64,000 nt of DNA, from contig NC_045697.1 of NCBI RefSeq assembly GCF_009834535.1, forward strand, positions 89,468,001 to 89,532,000. Reading direction: 5' to 3'. Shown here in pieces: positions 1-12,228 of the stretch (positions are counted from its first letter, which is position 1; every line of letters begins with the position of its first letter). The notes under the pieces are model-generated. The model ran no database searches. It was not told where the DNA came from and saw only the letters and a list, made by a program, of their open reading frames with translations. A program made the position numbers and the translations under genes. Source of the stretch: Camelus ferus. Taxonomy: Eukaryota.

Positions 1-954
1 AAGACTATGAAAAATATGAATAAAAAATGTAGACCCTGCCACTGAAAGAGTTATAATTTAGTGGAAGATATGACAGCACTTAATAATCCAAGAATTATAA
101 TGTATGGACAACAAACACTCCTTAATCAGCCAGTATTGGGCATCTAATATGTCTAGTCCTCAGAGATTTTATACAAGATCTGAGACTAAAAACTAAGGAC
201 CTTAGTTCAGTTTTTTTTTTTTTTTTTTTAACCTTTTTAAGTTTTCCTAGAAAGTCCCTTTGGGGTTCTTTGTTTACAAAATCATGCTCCACAGTAGCAT
301 TGGTAGTTTTCTATACTTAATTAAGTATTACAAACATGTAGCCAGTAAGTTTTAGACAAGGCTGCCAAATTCTTTCCAACTCTAATCTGTCAATTTCTAC
401 ACTAGCTTTCCTGACGCCTAGCTGCTAGTCTCTAGCATTATGGTAAATTCTAAGGCTCTTTATGTGATTAAGACAACCAATATAAATTTGAAGAGAATTC
501 AGAATAAATAGTATATCACTCTGATGTTGAAATTCATGGGGAATGGAATACAAGAATCTTGTAATTTTTTTAAACAAATGATTAATGGATGTTTATAACA
601 GGCATTTTGTTAAATTGTCAAATGAAGAGACTGTGGTCCCTAAATTGTATTAATAGAAAAGAAAGGATTCATATGCATAGCAGTTACAAATGAGTGGAAA
701 ATGTGAGTTTAGCACACTGAGGAAAAAATAAGAAAATATTCTTGATGAAGTAGAGTACTGACAGGATAAATGTACACTTGATTTAGTAGTAGGTAAGGTT
801 GATTGAATGAAGATACTGACTACTATGTCAGAGTCTGGATTTAATCCTACTGTTACCAATGGCCACAGTAAACTGTAAATGTGCCGTAATGAGGTGATAT
901 TACCAAATATGAAATTTATTAGTCCTCTTTTCTCTAAATATTTTCCCTGTGTTC

Positions 955-2600
955 TTTTGTTGATTGAAGTATAACTGATAATACAAAAAAAAAACAAAAA
1001 AAAAAACAAAAAAAAAAACCCTGGACATACTTACTTCATTCAGTTGGATAATTTTGGAGAAATGCATACATCCATGAGATCATAACCACAAACAAGGTAA
1101 TAAACATGTACATCAGCTCAATAAGTTTTCTGTTGCCTTTTTGATTTAGTGTTTACTTATTTGTTTTTGTTTTTGCTTTATTGGTGGTAAGAACACTTAA
1201 CCTGAGTTCCACCTTCTTAACAAGTTTTTAAGTGTGCAATACTGAATTGTTAGCTGTACGTACTATGTTTTACCATAGAACTAGGACTTGTTCACCTTGC
1301 ATAGTTTAAACTTTATACCTGTTAAAACCTGAACTCATTGAACAACTCTCAATTTCCTCTTTCCACCTAGGAAATCACCATTTTACTTAGTGTTTCCATA
1401 AGTTGGACGCAGTGTTTATCCTTCTTGTACTGACTTTGTTTCAGTTAGTATAACATCTTCAGGTTCATCCATGTTGTTTCAAAGATTTCCTTTTTAAAGG
1501 ATGAATAATATTTTATAAATATACTACAATTTTCTTTATCCATTCATCAGTCAGTGGACAGTTAGGTTTTTGTTTTTTTTTTCCAAATCTTGGCTTTTGT
1601 AAATAATGCTGCAGTGAATATGGAGTGCAGATATCTTTCAGATCCTGATTTCAATCCTTTTGAATATTTACCCAGAAGTGGGAATACTGAATCATGTGGT
1701 AGATCTATTTTTAATATTTGGAGATACTGCAGCTGCACCATTTTACATTCCCAGCAATATATAAGGGGTCCAATTTCTCCACATCTTCACCACAACAGTT
1801 TTTGTCTTTTTCTCTCTTTTAAAAAAAAAAATCTTGACAGGTATAGGGTGATATCTCATTTGGTTTTGATTTTCAATTTGATGATTAGTGATATTGAGCA
1901 CCTTTTCATTTACCTGTTGGCTATCTGTGTGTCTTTGGAGAAGTATCTATTCAAATCCTTAGCCCATTCTGTTATTGGGTTATTTAGGGTGTGTGTGTGT
2001 GTGTGTTTGTTTTGTTTTCTTTTGTTTGTTTTTGCTACTGAGATATGAGTTCTTATATATTTTGGATAGTAACCACTTAACAGATAAATAGTTTGCAAAT
2101 ATTTTCTCCCATTCAGAAGCTGCCTTAACATTCTGTTTTTTGCTTTGCAGAAGTTTTTAGTTTGATATAGTCACATTTCCTATTTCTGCTTTGTTGTGTG
2201 TGCTTTTGGTGTCATGTTCAATAAATTATTGCCAGAGCCAGTGTTAAGAAGTTTTTCCCCCATGTTATCTTCTAAGAGTTTAACAGTTTCATGTCTTTTG
2301 TTTATGTCTTTGATCCATTTTGAATTCACTTTTGTATATGGTGTAGGGTAGGGGTTCAGTTTAATTCTTTATCATTTGGCTTTCCAGTTTTCCCAGCATC
2401 ATCATTTATTGAAGAGACTGCCCTTTCCCCATTGTGTGTTCTTGGCATCTTTGTTAAAGATCAGTTGACGCTTGATGTGTTTGCCTATTTCTGAGCTGTA
2501 TATTCTATTCCATTGGTCTAAATTGCTATCTTTATGGTGGTAACATACTTTTAAAAATTACTATAATTTTGTAATATTTTTTGAAAACAGGAATTTTCTG
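955..2600 (-). mobile_element. L1 (L1MB/L1MA9-like) 3' portion: ORF2 C-terminal region plus 3'UTR, decayed
   Basis: Antisense L1 3'UTR phrases (GTGGTAAGAACACTTAAC, CATCCATGTTGT, CCATTCATCAGTCAGTGGACA) followed by ORF2 antisense. Minus ORF 1910-2131 contains NNPITEWAKDLNRYFSKDTQIANR, an L1 ORF2p motif. Confidence 0.9.
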
Positions 2601-2684
2601 TAAAAATTTTATTCTAGCTTAACAAATTTATCCATAGATCCCTCAAAATTATTTCTCCTGTGTTTATTGTTGCCATCTTGTTGA

Positions 2685-2800
2685 GAGGTGTAATGTTTAA
2701 TGGCAAAACTCTAGAGTCATTCAAACTTATATTGATTTTACAGTTCCTTTTGTACTAGCTATGTGACACTGAAGATGTGTTTAACATCTCTGCTCAGTCA
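2685..2800 (+). mobile_element. MIR SINE fragment
   Basis: CTCTAGAGTCA...TACTAGCTATGTGACACTG...TTAACATCTCTGCTCAG follows the MIR head/core. Confidence 0.6.
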
Positions 2801-3050
2801 ACTGAAATTTACAAATATTAATGATTCCTACTGATTGTTCCTGGCTATTCATTTGAATGGACACAATGACCAGTCAGTTCACAAAGCTCAACTTGTAATA
2901 AATGAAGTATGGTACATATTATATATATAAACATGGCACATATTATAGACAAACTATTTCTCCTAATTTGATAAGAACTTGATTTTATAAAATATTTTTC
3001 TTTTCATAAATACAGAATTTTATGATTGGCAATCTGTATATTCAGATGGT

Positions 3051-3225
3051 GTGGTGGGGATTGCTGATTTCATGCCATATGCAATTCTTATATTTCAAGG
3101 AAAATATGATTTTAAACTTGTCAAATGGTCTCCCAGAATAAAGACTTCATTTGCCACCTCCCTTGAAGGCAGTTGTTTGCACAGAATAATTTCTGGGCAG
3201 TGAAATGTGAACAGAAGTCAGAAGG
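3051..3225 (+). mobile_element. Old MaLR LTR fragment (MLT1I/J-like)
   Basis: CCCAGAATAAAGACTTCATTTGCCACCTCCCTTGAAG...TTCTGGGCAGTGAAATGTGAACAGAAGT resembles the MLT1J 5' half. Confidence 0.55.
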
Positions 3226-3469
3226 CATCTGTTTAATTTCAGTCATGCTTTTCCAAGGTAAGAACCTGCCATGCCCTTCTCCTGTCTCTGGAGTTCCATT
3301 TATCACAGATTGCCCCCAGAGGGTAGGGGGACATATGTTCATGGATTGCCTTATGTTTCTGACACAATCAGTAGTAGGCTCTCTCTCTCTCAAAGAATTT
3401 AAATGACTTATATATTTTTATTTAATTTATGTATTTATTTCTTGTGTCTCCATCTAGAATCTAGTAGAG

Positions 3470-3665
3470 AACTGTGCCTGAGTTAAAACGAAATTTACAC
3501 CATTTACTAGCCTGTGGTCATGGGCAACTCAGTTGATTTCTGTTTCAGTATCATTCTTCTTACTTCATAGAGTTGTTGTGAGGATTAAACAAGATGCTTT
3601 ACTTAATAATCTGGATTTATCACATAGCAGTCACTCAGTAAGTATTTGCTATCTTCATCATCAGT
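3470..3665 (+). mobile_element. MIR SINE
   Basis: CATTTACTAGCCTGTGGTCATGGGCAA...CTTCATAGAGTTGTTGTGAGGATTAAA...CACTCAGTAAGTATTTGCTAT (MIR core and tail). Confidence 0.8.
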
Positions 3666-3774
3666 CATCATCATCTTCATATCTTAGGTAACTATGGACA
3701 CTACTTTGTTACATAGATGTCAAATGAATATCTACTGGTTGGGTTATGTAGCATTTTTGGTCAATCACGACCTC

Positions 3775-3962
3775 CCTCACTACGTTCCACATATGAGGAC
3801 AGAGCAAGAAGACAACTGTCTATGAACCAGGAAGCAGGCCTTAACCAGACACTGAATCTGTTGATCTTTGATTTTGGACTTCCCAGTATCCAGAACTGTG
3901 AGAAAAAAGTTTCTAGTGTTTAGTCTAGTAGTTTGTTATAGCAGTCCAAATTCACTAAGACA
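3775..3962 (+). mobile_element. MaLR LTR 3' half (MLT1A/MST-like)
   Basis: TTGGACTTCCCAGTATCCAGAACTGTGAGAAA...TTTGTTATAGCAG...CTAAGACA, the typical MaLR LTR terminus ending in CA. Confidence 0.85.
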
Positions 3963-6523
3963 AAAACTTACGACTTAGACAAAAACTGTTATTTTGGTCA
4001 AATTATGAAACTTCACTATGTCTCATTTTCTTCGTCTTTAAATAGTATCAATTTATGTAGTTCTGAAGAATAACTGATGTATTAATATCCATAAATATTA
4101 TCCATTTGTTTTCTTTTTCATGGCCAATCTACTTCTTCCAAGAAATCTTCCTAGATTACCTCACCTCACAGATTCTTTTATTGACCACACTTGTGTGTTT
4201 AAATAAATATATAGCATCTGGGAATTTCAACTCAACTCTCCATATGATTGATACAGCATTGGTAATGAAGGCAAAGATCTAATAAGGTGTTGACTTGATA
4301 CCACATATGTGTGTATTTCTTATCTTTGGCTCAATGTATAAAAGATCTTGGCATTTAGTTGCTTTTCTTGGATGCAGTCAAATACCCCAAATTCTATGAA
4401 GGCTAAATTTACACTAGAAAAATCACTGAGTCCTCATCAGAAAGTAATACTGCAGGATAAGATAATAATGGGTACTATTATCAATATTTTTGCCTGTTTT
4501 AGTGCAGTGACATTTATGAGAAAACCAATCCTTTTCACTCTTCTGTTTTTTAATTAAATTAAGTTAAATTAAATTTTAATTAAATTAATAAATGTAAAAG
4601 TGAATCATGTAGCATGAGAAATCAAGTATCAGTGGTTCATTATTAATGAGCTAGTTCTTTGAACTTAGTACTTATATTTGGACTGAATAAAAATATGAAA
4701 AGAAATTGTGTACAATAATGAAGAATATAGTTTGTATGACTACTAATAAAAATTATGTAAGAACATAGATAACATATCATTAAATAGAAAAGAACCTTCT
4801 AATATATACAGACATTTAATATTCCATGATATCCAATAACCCTATAAGACAGAAGTTGTTTCCCATTAGAACATTAATTTACAAAAGTACTATTGCATAA
4901 ATAAAGTATTTACATGATTTCAAAGGACATCAGAACCATAGACAATGACTATATGTATTTGCTCTTAAATTAGACATCAATAGTAATGTTATGGAATATA
5001 TGTGAACTTTAATTGAAAATAGGAAAAATGATTTCATTAAAATGCAGGATAATTATTTCATTCCCTGGCAGGTTTTTTTTTTAATCCATTTACGTACTTT
5101 AACATAATCAACCATAGTTGAATATCACATTTAGTTCTTACTTGTATGTAAGATCTAATGCTTACATTCATGGTTTATTTTCTTGCCTGTGGTCTTATTG
5201 CAGGGAAAAAGGTGATCTAGATTTAAATAAAATAACTACTTTTATAGTTAATATCCATACGCCGCTCACATTGTAAATGAAAATATGTCACCATATGTTG
5301 GCCTTCATAAAATTTCAAAGCTCTTATGAAGTCCAACCATTAATATCTTCATGTTTTGCCAAGTCAACATAGTAGACTCTTTTTTAGATCACATAGAAAT
5401 GACACTTGAGTGCCAAAAATGGAACTTTCGAAAAATGCATTTTCATTTGCAAACAATTACTATTAAGTAAAGCTTTTTACCACATGAAAGTAAGTTTTAC
5501 AGTAAGCAATATATATAAATAATATACTGGGATGTTTCACTCAGGCTACAGGCAAGGCAACAAGCATTTAAAATATTTGCCACCTAACAATATTTTATGA
5601 TCAAATGAAGACAAGTTTAAATATCATTAGTGTTACTGAAAGTCATCTAGTTGTGAGTTGACAGATTATTTATACAACCTCTGGTGAAAATGGATTGCTA
5701 GGACAATCAGATTCTGCTTTACAGGAAAAAAAAAAATGCCCATACCATAATCCAGGTGACCTGATTAAAAATGTCACACAGGAAATGCTAACTTCCTATA
5801 TGAATCATCAATTCTTCTCACCATTAAAAAAGGAAACAAAAAAGGAATAGTAATACATTAATAGTACATCTTGCCATTTTTATAATTAAGAATAGTGCAG
5901 TGTTTGACAAACCATTTACCCATCATTTTCTTTCTGATTTTTTTGAAGTTCCTAATATAGTAACATTACTGTAATGAACCTCACTTCAATGAACAATTTT
6001 TAAGATTGCATTTTAAGTGATGCTGACATAAATGACTTCTTTCAACATAAATCGCTGTAGGTAAGAGAATTTATTTTTTACAGCAAATTTTTTCAACCAT
6101 ACGTTTAGGAGTAAGCAGAACAATTTTGTGTAAATCATATTTTGTAAGAAAGGATGTAGAACAGGGTACAAGGTAACTTGATGGAAATACTATCATTAAT
6201 TGTATAGATTGCCAAATGGAATTCTCTAGTCTCCAGAAGCTGTGTTTACTGCCTTTTTCCAAAGTGACTTAATAGATTTTTAAAACCATGTCTTCAGTTA
6301 CATTGTTCTTGTTAAATGGAAAGTTTAATTTTAAGTTTCTCCTGATTCCATTTAGTGGAAGAATCTCTTTTGCATATTCCTACAGCCTTTCTTTATTGCA
6401 AAGACCTTTTGTAGAACTTTGCTATGTGAGTTTCTCTATACTTAGGGTTGATGGAAAATTTTTGAAAAATGAAAATGCACATTTTGACCTTAAGGCTTCC
6501 ACCTTATTTAAGTACATTACTGG

Positions 6524-6671
6524 TGAGGGGGAAGGTATAGCTCAAGTGGTAGAGTGCATGATTAGCATGCACGAGGTCCTGTACCTCCTCTAAGAATAAA
6601 CAAAACCTAATTACCTCCCCCCATCAAAAAAAAAAAAAAAAAAAGAAAAAGAAAAAGAAAAAGGAAAAAAA
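6524..6671 (+). mobile_element. tRNA-derived SINE, camelid Vic-1-like, with A-rich tail and 14-bp TSD
   Basis: tRNA-like head GGGGAAGGTATAGCTCAAGTGGTAGAGTGCATGATTAGCATGCACGAGGTCCTG with Pol III A box, A-rich tail at ~6626-6671, and perfect direct repeat AAGTACATTACTGG at 6510-6523 and 6672-6685. Confidence 0.9.
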
Positions 6672-6804
6672 AAGTACATTACTGGAATTACCTCTGTTAA
6701 ACAGCTCCAGACTTCTCAGACTGCATAAGATTTAATTAAGAGAGTACACTGTGACACAGAGGATTTTAAAAACAAATTTTCAAAATAAAACTTCCATCTA
6801 TTTT

Positions 6805-6900
6805 CATTTCTCCAATAAATATTTTTTGAGTGCCTACTAGCTTGTCAGGCAAAGGACTAGGAATGGAAATTATATAGATACATAATATAAGATTCCTAGA
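6805..6900 (-). mobile_element. L2 3' end fragment
   Basis: AATAAATATTTTTTGAGTGCCTACTAGCTTGTCAGGCA is the reverse complement of the L2 3' terminus. Confidence 0.6.
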
Positions 6901-8169
6901 TTATTCCCATATAAACTATGTTGTGCTCTGCACTATGAGAAATTTTGCATACAAAAATTACAACTTTGTTTTCAATGACAATAAAACTCCTTATCAAAAT
7001 AATGAAAAATTTAAAAATAAGCTGTCAATAAATATACCACAAATGTTTTATTCAAAACTGTACACATTATCTCTTCTTTTATATAAAAGTGATAGAAATA
7101 AATAAAAATAATATGTAAGTTAAGCACACAACAAGGAAAATTAACCGACTATGAGTCAACTGCTAAGGGGGAATTTTTTTCATTAACAGAAAATAAATAG
7201 AGGAATATAGAAAATGGAGGCGTGATAATTGAAAGTTCCTTGGAAAACAAAATTAGGAAGAGGGAGAAGAGAGCGTGACTTTGTATAAGTAAACAAACAA
7301 TCTGTCCAGAAGAAGCTCTAAATGATATTTTTTTCCCTGAATGGACTTTGACTCAGAAATGTTAAATGGGTGATTGAATTAATGGATCTGAAAGCATGGG
7401 GATTAATTTAAGGTTTGTCAGTGGAACAGTTGATACTGCTTACCACCCACCCCAAACTCAACCATCAGCCTTTAATTCTTACCAAGTATCAACTCCCTAC
7501 AACTATGCACCCTCTGCAAAAGAATCAGATTTTCTGGGGATAACTTGGGTTCTTATGTAAATTTGATGCACTAGACCAAAACATCTGCTTTTTGCTATTT
7601 TTGAGCTACATAAACAAGTTTCAACTTCCTTTTCATTTACTCTAAAATAAAGACTACCAACTGAGAAACTTAACCTATAGAAATAGTTAAAAATAAGCTT
7701 TTATGTTGCATTACTTTAAATATACAGGCCAAAAAATGACCACCAAACTTTTGAGAAAAGCTTCAAGACAGTATTAGGCAACAGTTAACAAAATATTGGT
7801 TCAGATGAAACCAAAGTAATTCAGAAAACAATACTTTAAAATAATGCTAACTGATAACTTCAGAGAAATTTGGATGAGTGCTAGATTTATTACCACCCAA
7901 CTCCAAAATTTAAAAAAACTGAGTGCTTAAAGTGATCCCTACAGATAGTGTGACCAGCGATGAGGACAGTGGGGGCCAGACAAGATATTTTTCATTTCAG
8001 TCTTGTCTGAACTATTTAATTTTGCTTATATGCAAGTATTAATTTGATGTAGAATTAAGTAATTAATAATACCCCCACAAATTCAACAAGTTTCAAACTA
8101 CTCCTTATATTGATTGAAATAATTGCAGTGTTGCAGATATGCCAGATTTATAATGAAAATTGCCCTGTT

Positions 8170-9087
8170 GCTTATTCAAAATCTCTAAATTGTGTATTTC
8201 AAAGGCAAGTTATGGTTACCATCTGCCACTCTACTCCCTCTCCCTAAACCTGGGTCCTTTCCAGAGTTCTGTATCATCTAGGGGGTCTCCATCACCTATT
8301 CAGTGTGTAAATGAGAAACCAGAAGCCTAGGCTATATTCTTAACATACTCGACCACATTCTCTTGGCTCAGTGAATCCATCACCACGCAGCATCTTTACT
8401 CTACAATAATTTATCTATCCAGGTATGTGTACTTAAGCTAAAGCCATTATCATTTTTCACAGTAGCTATTGTAATGACTTGGTTCATTAGCGTCCTTTTT
8501 TCCATGCTTTTCTCCTATGGCATTCTCCCTGCAGCCAGTGTGTCATCTTTTCGGAATACCAAACTGCTCATGTGTGTCATTTCTTTGTATAACCATCGTT
8601 AATAAGTTTCCTTAGCCCCTAGGATGAAGTCTCGTCCTCTTCTCTTGGCCAACAAAATGCTTCCTCGCATGACTCCCTGTTCTGCCTCACCTCATAGATT
8701 TCTCCCCCTCACACTCTATCCTCCAGCCATGAAGGCCCTTTGATTTTGCTTCCTCTTCTTAAGGAAACTGCATGCATTTTTCCATCTTCTTGGAAATCTC
8801 TCTCTCCTTTCTCATCTAGTTAATTTTACACATCCTTTAGACATAAACTCAATATTGGGTCTTTTCCATTCTGTCACACTAAGTCTGCTGACAGCCAGTA
8901 CTCTGATACTTCCCTCCTCAGCACTTGTTGATATTTAGATGATGATTAAATTACTACCCTTTTATGCCACTTCCATAAACATCACAAGAGAAGAGATAAT
9001 GTAACATATGTTAATCACTTCATTCCTAGTTTTTCAAGGGTGTCTTGCTTTTAATAAGTGCTCAAGAAATATTACTGAATAAATAAC
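8170..9087 (+). mobile_element. L2 LINE 3' portion
   Basis: Pyrimidine-rich L2-like body ending TAATAAGTGCTCAAGAAATATTACTGAATAAATAA. Confidence 0.7.
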
Positions 9088-9514
9088 CATGTACAAAGTA
9101 GTATGTACTTCTTAAGTACTGAAGGAGGTACAAAAAAAACCCAGCCACGGTTCCTGCCATACATTTTTTCAATTTATGACATGATAATTTGTCTTTCAAA
9201 ATTTTCTGAGATAAGAATCTAAATTTTTATCTTTTTATAATATATTTTCTTTCAGGATTGTTTTATAATATATTTTCTTCAGTGTTTTTTTTTTTCTAAA
9301 AAACAATCCATTTCTACCAGGCATTCAAATTTACTAGTGAAAAATTAGTATATATTAATTTTCTTTGTTTCCATGGCTGTGATTTTTCATTTTTCTCCTT
9401 CCCCCTCCTCTTTTACTCTCAAATCATAGGAGTTAATTATGTAATTTCAGTTAAGAGAATTTTGCTGATTATACCTACCACCAATGATGTCTTTTAGTCA
9501 GCATATTAATTTCA

Positions 9515-9745
9515 CTTTTATTTTTTAATAAAATATGTATATATTTAAGGTATGCAACATGATGATTTGATATACACAATAAAATGATACTACAAACTAA
9601 TTAACATGTCTTCTGACAGTTACCATTTTGTGTGTGGTAAGAGCTCCTGCAATCTGCTCTCTCATCAAATTATTGTATTCAGTCAAGTATTAACTATAGT
9701 CATCATGCTGTACATTAGATATCTAGATTTTTCATCCTAGATAAT
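9515..9745 (-). mobile_element. L1 (L1MA9/10-like) 3'UTR fragment
   Basis: ATTTAAGGTATGCAACATGATGATTTGATATAC...TATTAACTATAGTCATCATGCTGTACATTAGAT. Confidence 0.8.
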
Positions 9746-9749
9746 TTTT

Positions 9750-10722
9750 CTTAGTGTTCTCTTCTGAGTAAGGAGTTGTTCATGTCAGTGTAGACAGAAT
9801 TATCAGCATTTTTCATTACTTGCTTTACTGCTTATAGTGTTGAGTGTTTTTCTCTAAGAGAGGTATGCAATCCCCAAAGCCATGGCAATATTTTGCTTTG
9901 TTCCATAAACTTTATTGTTTAATATCAAATGGACTGTATCTGTAAATGAGAATAGTTAAATATTTTGTGCATGGTGTTAATCATCTCAAGATTTTTTTCC
10001 TCATATGAGCCTGTATCTTTTATTGAAAAGAGCATATTTTATCTAATCCCTTAAAATGACAAATTTTTCATAAATCACATGACTTTTGGTCTCTTTCTGA
10101 AAGTTAATTTCTGTCCTTGATTCTTGGGCAAGTGGTCAAAACTTGGGCAATATCGTAAAAGATCTGATTACTTCAGCTTTGAAATAAGTCTCAAAATCTG
10201 GTAGTTTAAGTCTTCTGGCTTTGTTCTTCTACATAGTTGCCCTAGTATAGCGTTTTCGATTTCCACATAAATTTTACAGTACTCTCATCAATATTACAGT
10301 AAACACGCTGTGATTTGAACTGGGACTACTTTGAATCTACAGACTAACTTGAAGTAGATATATCTTCCTTAGGTATTTGATGTTTATGTGTATAAATATA
10401 TACATAGGATTCATACTTTTACTCCATTTTCTATGGTGACTTATGGATATATGATTGAATTTTATAGTTTAACTTGACATATAGCAACTTATTAAATGTA
10501 CTTATCAGTTCTGATACTTCATCTTTAGATCCTATTAGTATCTTCCAAGAATACAATCATTTTGTCTCTGAATAGTAGAGGATATATTTCAGACTTACAA
10601 TCATATCCATTATACTGTTTTCTGGCCTTTATTGTTCTGATTTGGATCTCCAGTAAATGTTGAATAAAATTGATAATGGTATATATCCTGTTTGTTCTTA
10701 GTTTCAGGGTAACAGTTTTTAG
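9750..10722 (-). mobile_element. Ancient L1ME-like ORF2 fragment, part 1 (resumes at ~12230)
   Basis: Degenerate antisense ORF2 phrases (TTCCACATAAATTTTA, TTGAATCTACAGACTAACTTG, AATGTTGAATAAAATTGATAATGG). Confidence 0.7.
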
Positions 10723-12228
10723 TATTTTATTATGAAACTTTCTAAGTATACAAAAAATTTAAAGAATTTTACATAAAACCCTATATCCTAACATGTAAAC
10801 TAGACAATGATATTTTAATATATTTGCTTGTAACCAATTTATCCAACTCTGAATTCCTCTATTCATCCATCAATTCATGATATTTTTGTTACATTTCAAA
10901 ATAATTTGCAGATCTGTAAATTTCAAACCTAAACATGTCAGCATACAGATTATTAATATAGAATTAAATGTTTTACAGATTGTTTTGAAATAAAATTTAT
11001 TTGTGCACAGAAATGCACAAGTGTTAAGTTTCCCATTAAATAAGTGTTGACAAGTGCATACATCTGTGTACCACAAATTCCCATCAAGATATAAATCAAT
11101 ATCAAAGAGCCAGAAAGTTTCCTCATACCCCTTTCCAGTCAATTAATACCCTAACTTTCACTCCTCCAGGGACATCTACTCTTGTAATTTTCTTTACCAT
11201 AGATTAGTTTTGTGTCTCATACAAGTTTATATAAATAAGATGAACAGTATGTAGTCTTTCCTGTGACTTCTTTCACTTAGCTCATGCTGTTGTTCGAGTA
11301 CTTCAAAACTTTTTATTGAAGCGTAATAGTCTGTTACACGATTATGCCGAACTTCAGTCACCCTGATGGTGGAGAACACCTGATGTGGTTCTGTGTTTAG
11401 TTTTTATGAATAAAGCTTTTATGAATATTGTTGTACATGCTGTTTTATGGACTTTTTTATTTCTCTTTGGTAAATAAGTAGGATTTAGAACTACAGGTTT
11501 ATTAGGTAGGTGTGTGTTTATGGGTGCAGAACCATAAACACACACCTGCCTAATAGGTAGGATAGATGGTTATGGATCCTTTTTCTAGAATAAGTGTGTG
11601 ATTTTACACTCCATGAAACATATTTTATACTTTTAATTGCTCCCTGATCTTGACAGTATATGGTATTGTCAGTCAGTTGTAGTTATTCGGGTGAATATGT
11701 AGTAGCATTTTACTATGATTTTAAGTTTCATTTATCTGATGGCTAATGAAATTAACCACATTTCCATGTACTTACTTTCCTATGTGAAGCAACATCCTTT
11801 ATAAAGGATTCGTTTAAATCTTTGCTTATTTTATTTTTGAGTAGTATGTATTTTTACTGTTAAATTATCAGAGTTCTTTATATATCCTAGATAGTGGTCC
11901 TTTGTCAGATACATATTTTATGAATATTTCCCTGGTGTCTTGCCTATTTATTGAGTTTTAAAGCATTTTTTAATGATCAGAAGTTTTTTTTAATATATGT
12001 ATGTCTTTTTAGCATGATACCTACTTTATTATTTTTATGGTAATTGCTTGATGTTTCCTATCTTAGAAAACTTTATCTGCTGCCAGGTCAATCAGATATT
12101 CTTCTTCTAGAAAATTGATAGTTTTAGCTATTATGTTTAGTTCTGTGATGCAAATCAAATTATTGTGGGGGTATGATGTGAACTAGTGATTATGGTGATT
12201 GAGATACTTTGTTTCTATAGAATACCTA
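10723..12228 (-). mobile_element. L1ME2-like 3' end nested in the older L1
   Basis: TTTTATTATGAAACTTTC...CATTTCAAAATAATTTGCAGA...AGAAAGTTTCCTCATACCCCTTTCCAGTCAA is an L1ME2-type 3'UTR, followed by the ORF2 C-terminal region. Confidence 0.75.

Noticed and set aside
1590..2048. 152-aa + strand ORF
   Set aside because: Antisense to L1 ORF2/3' sequence and runs through a GT microsatellite.
5914..6070. Minus-strand exon candidates 5920-5951 (ELQKNQKENDG) and 5985-6054, and + strand AG|GTAAG at 6059-6065
   Set aside because: Mediocre splice sites, only 33 nt between the two candidates (too short for an intron) and no recognisable protein.
6527..6580. tRNA-Ala-like sequence
   Set aside because: No T-arm/B box or acceptor stem; the A tail and TSD identify it as a SINE.
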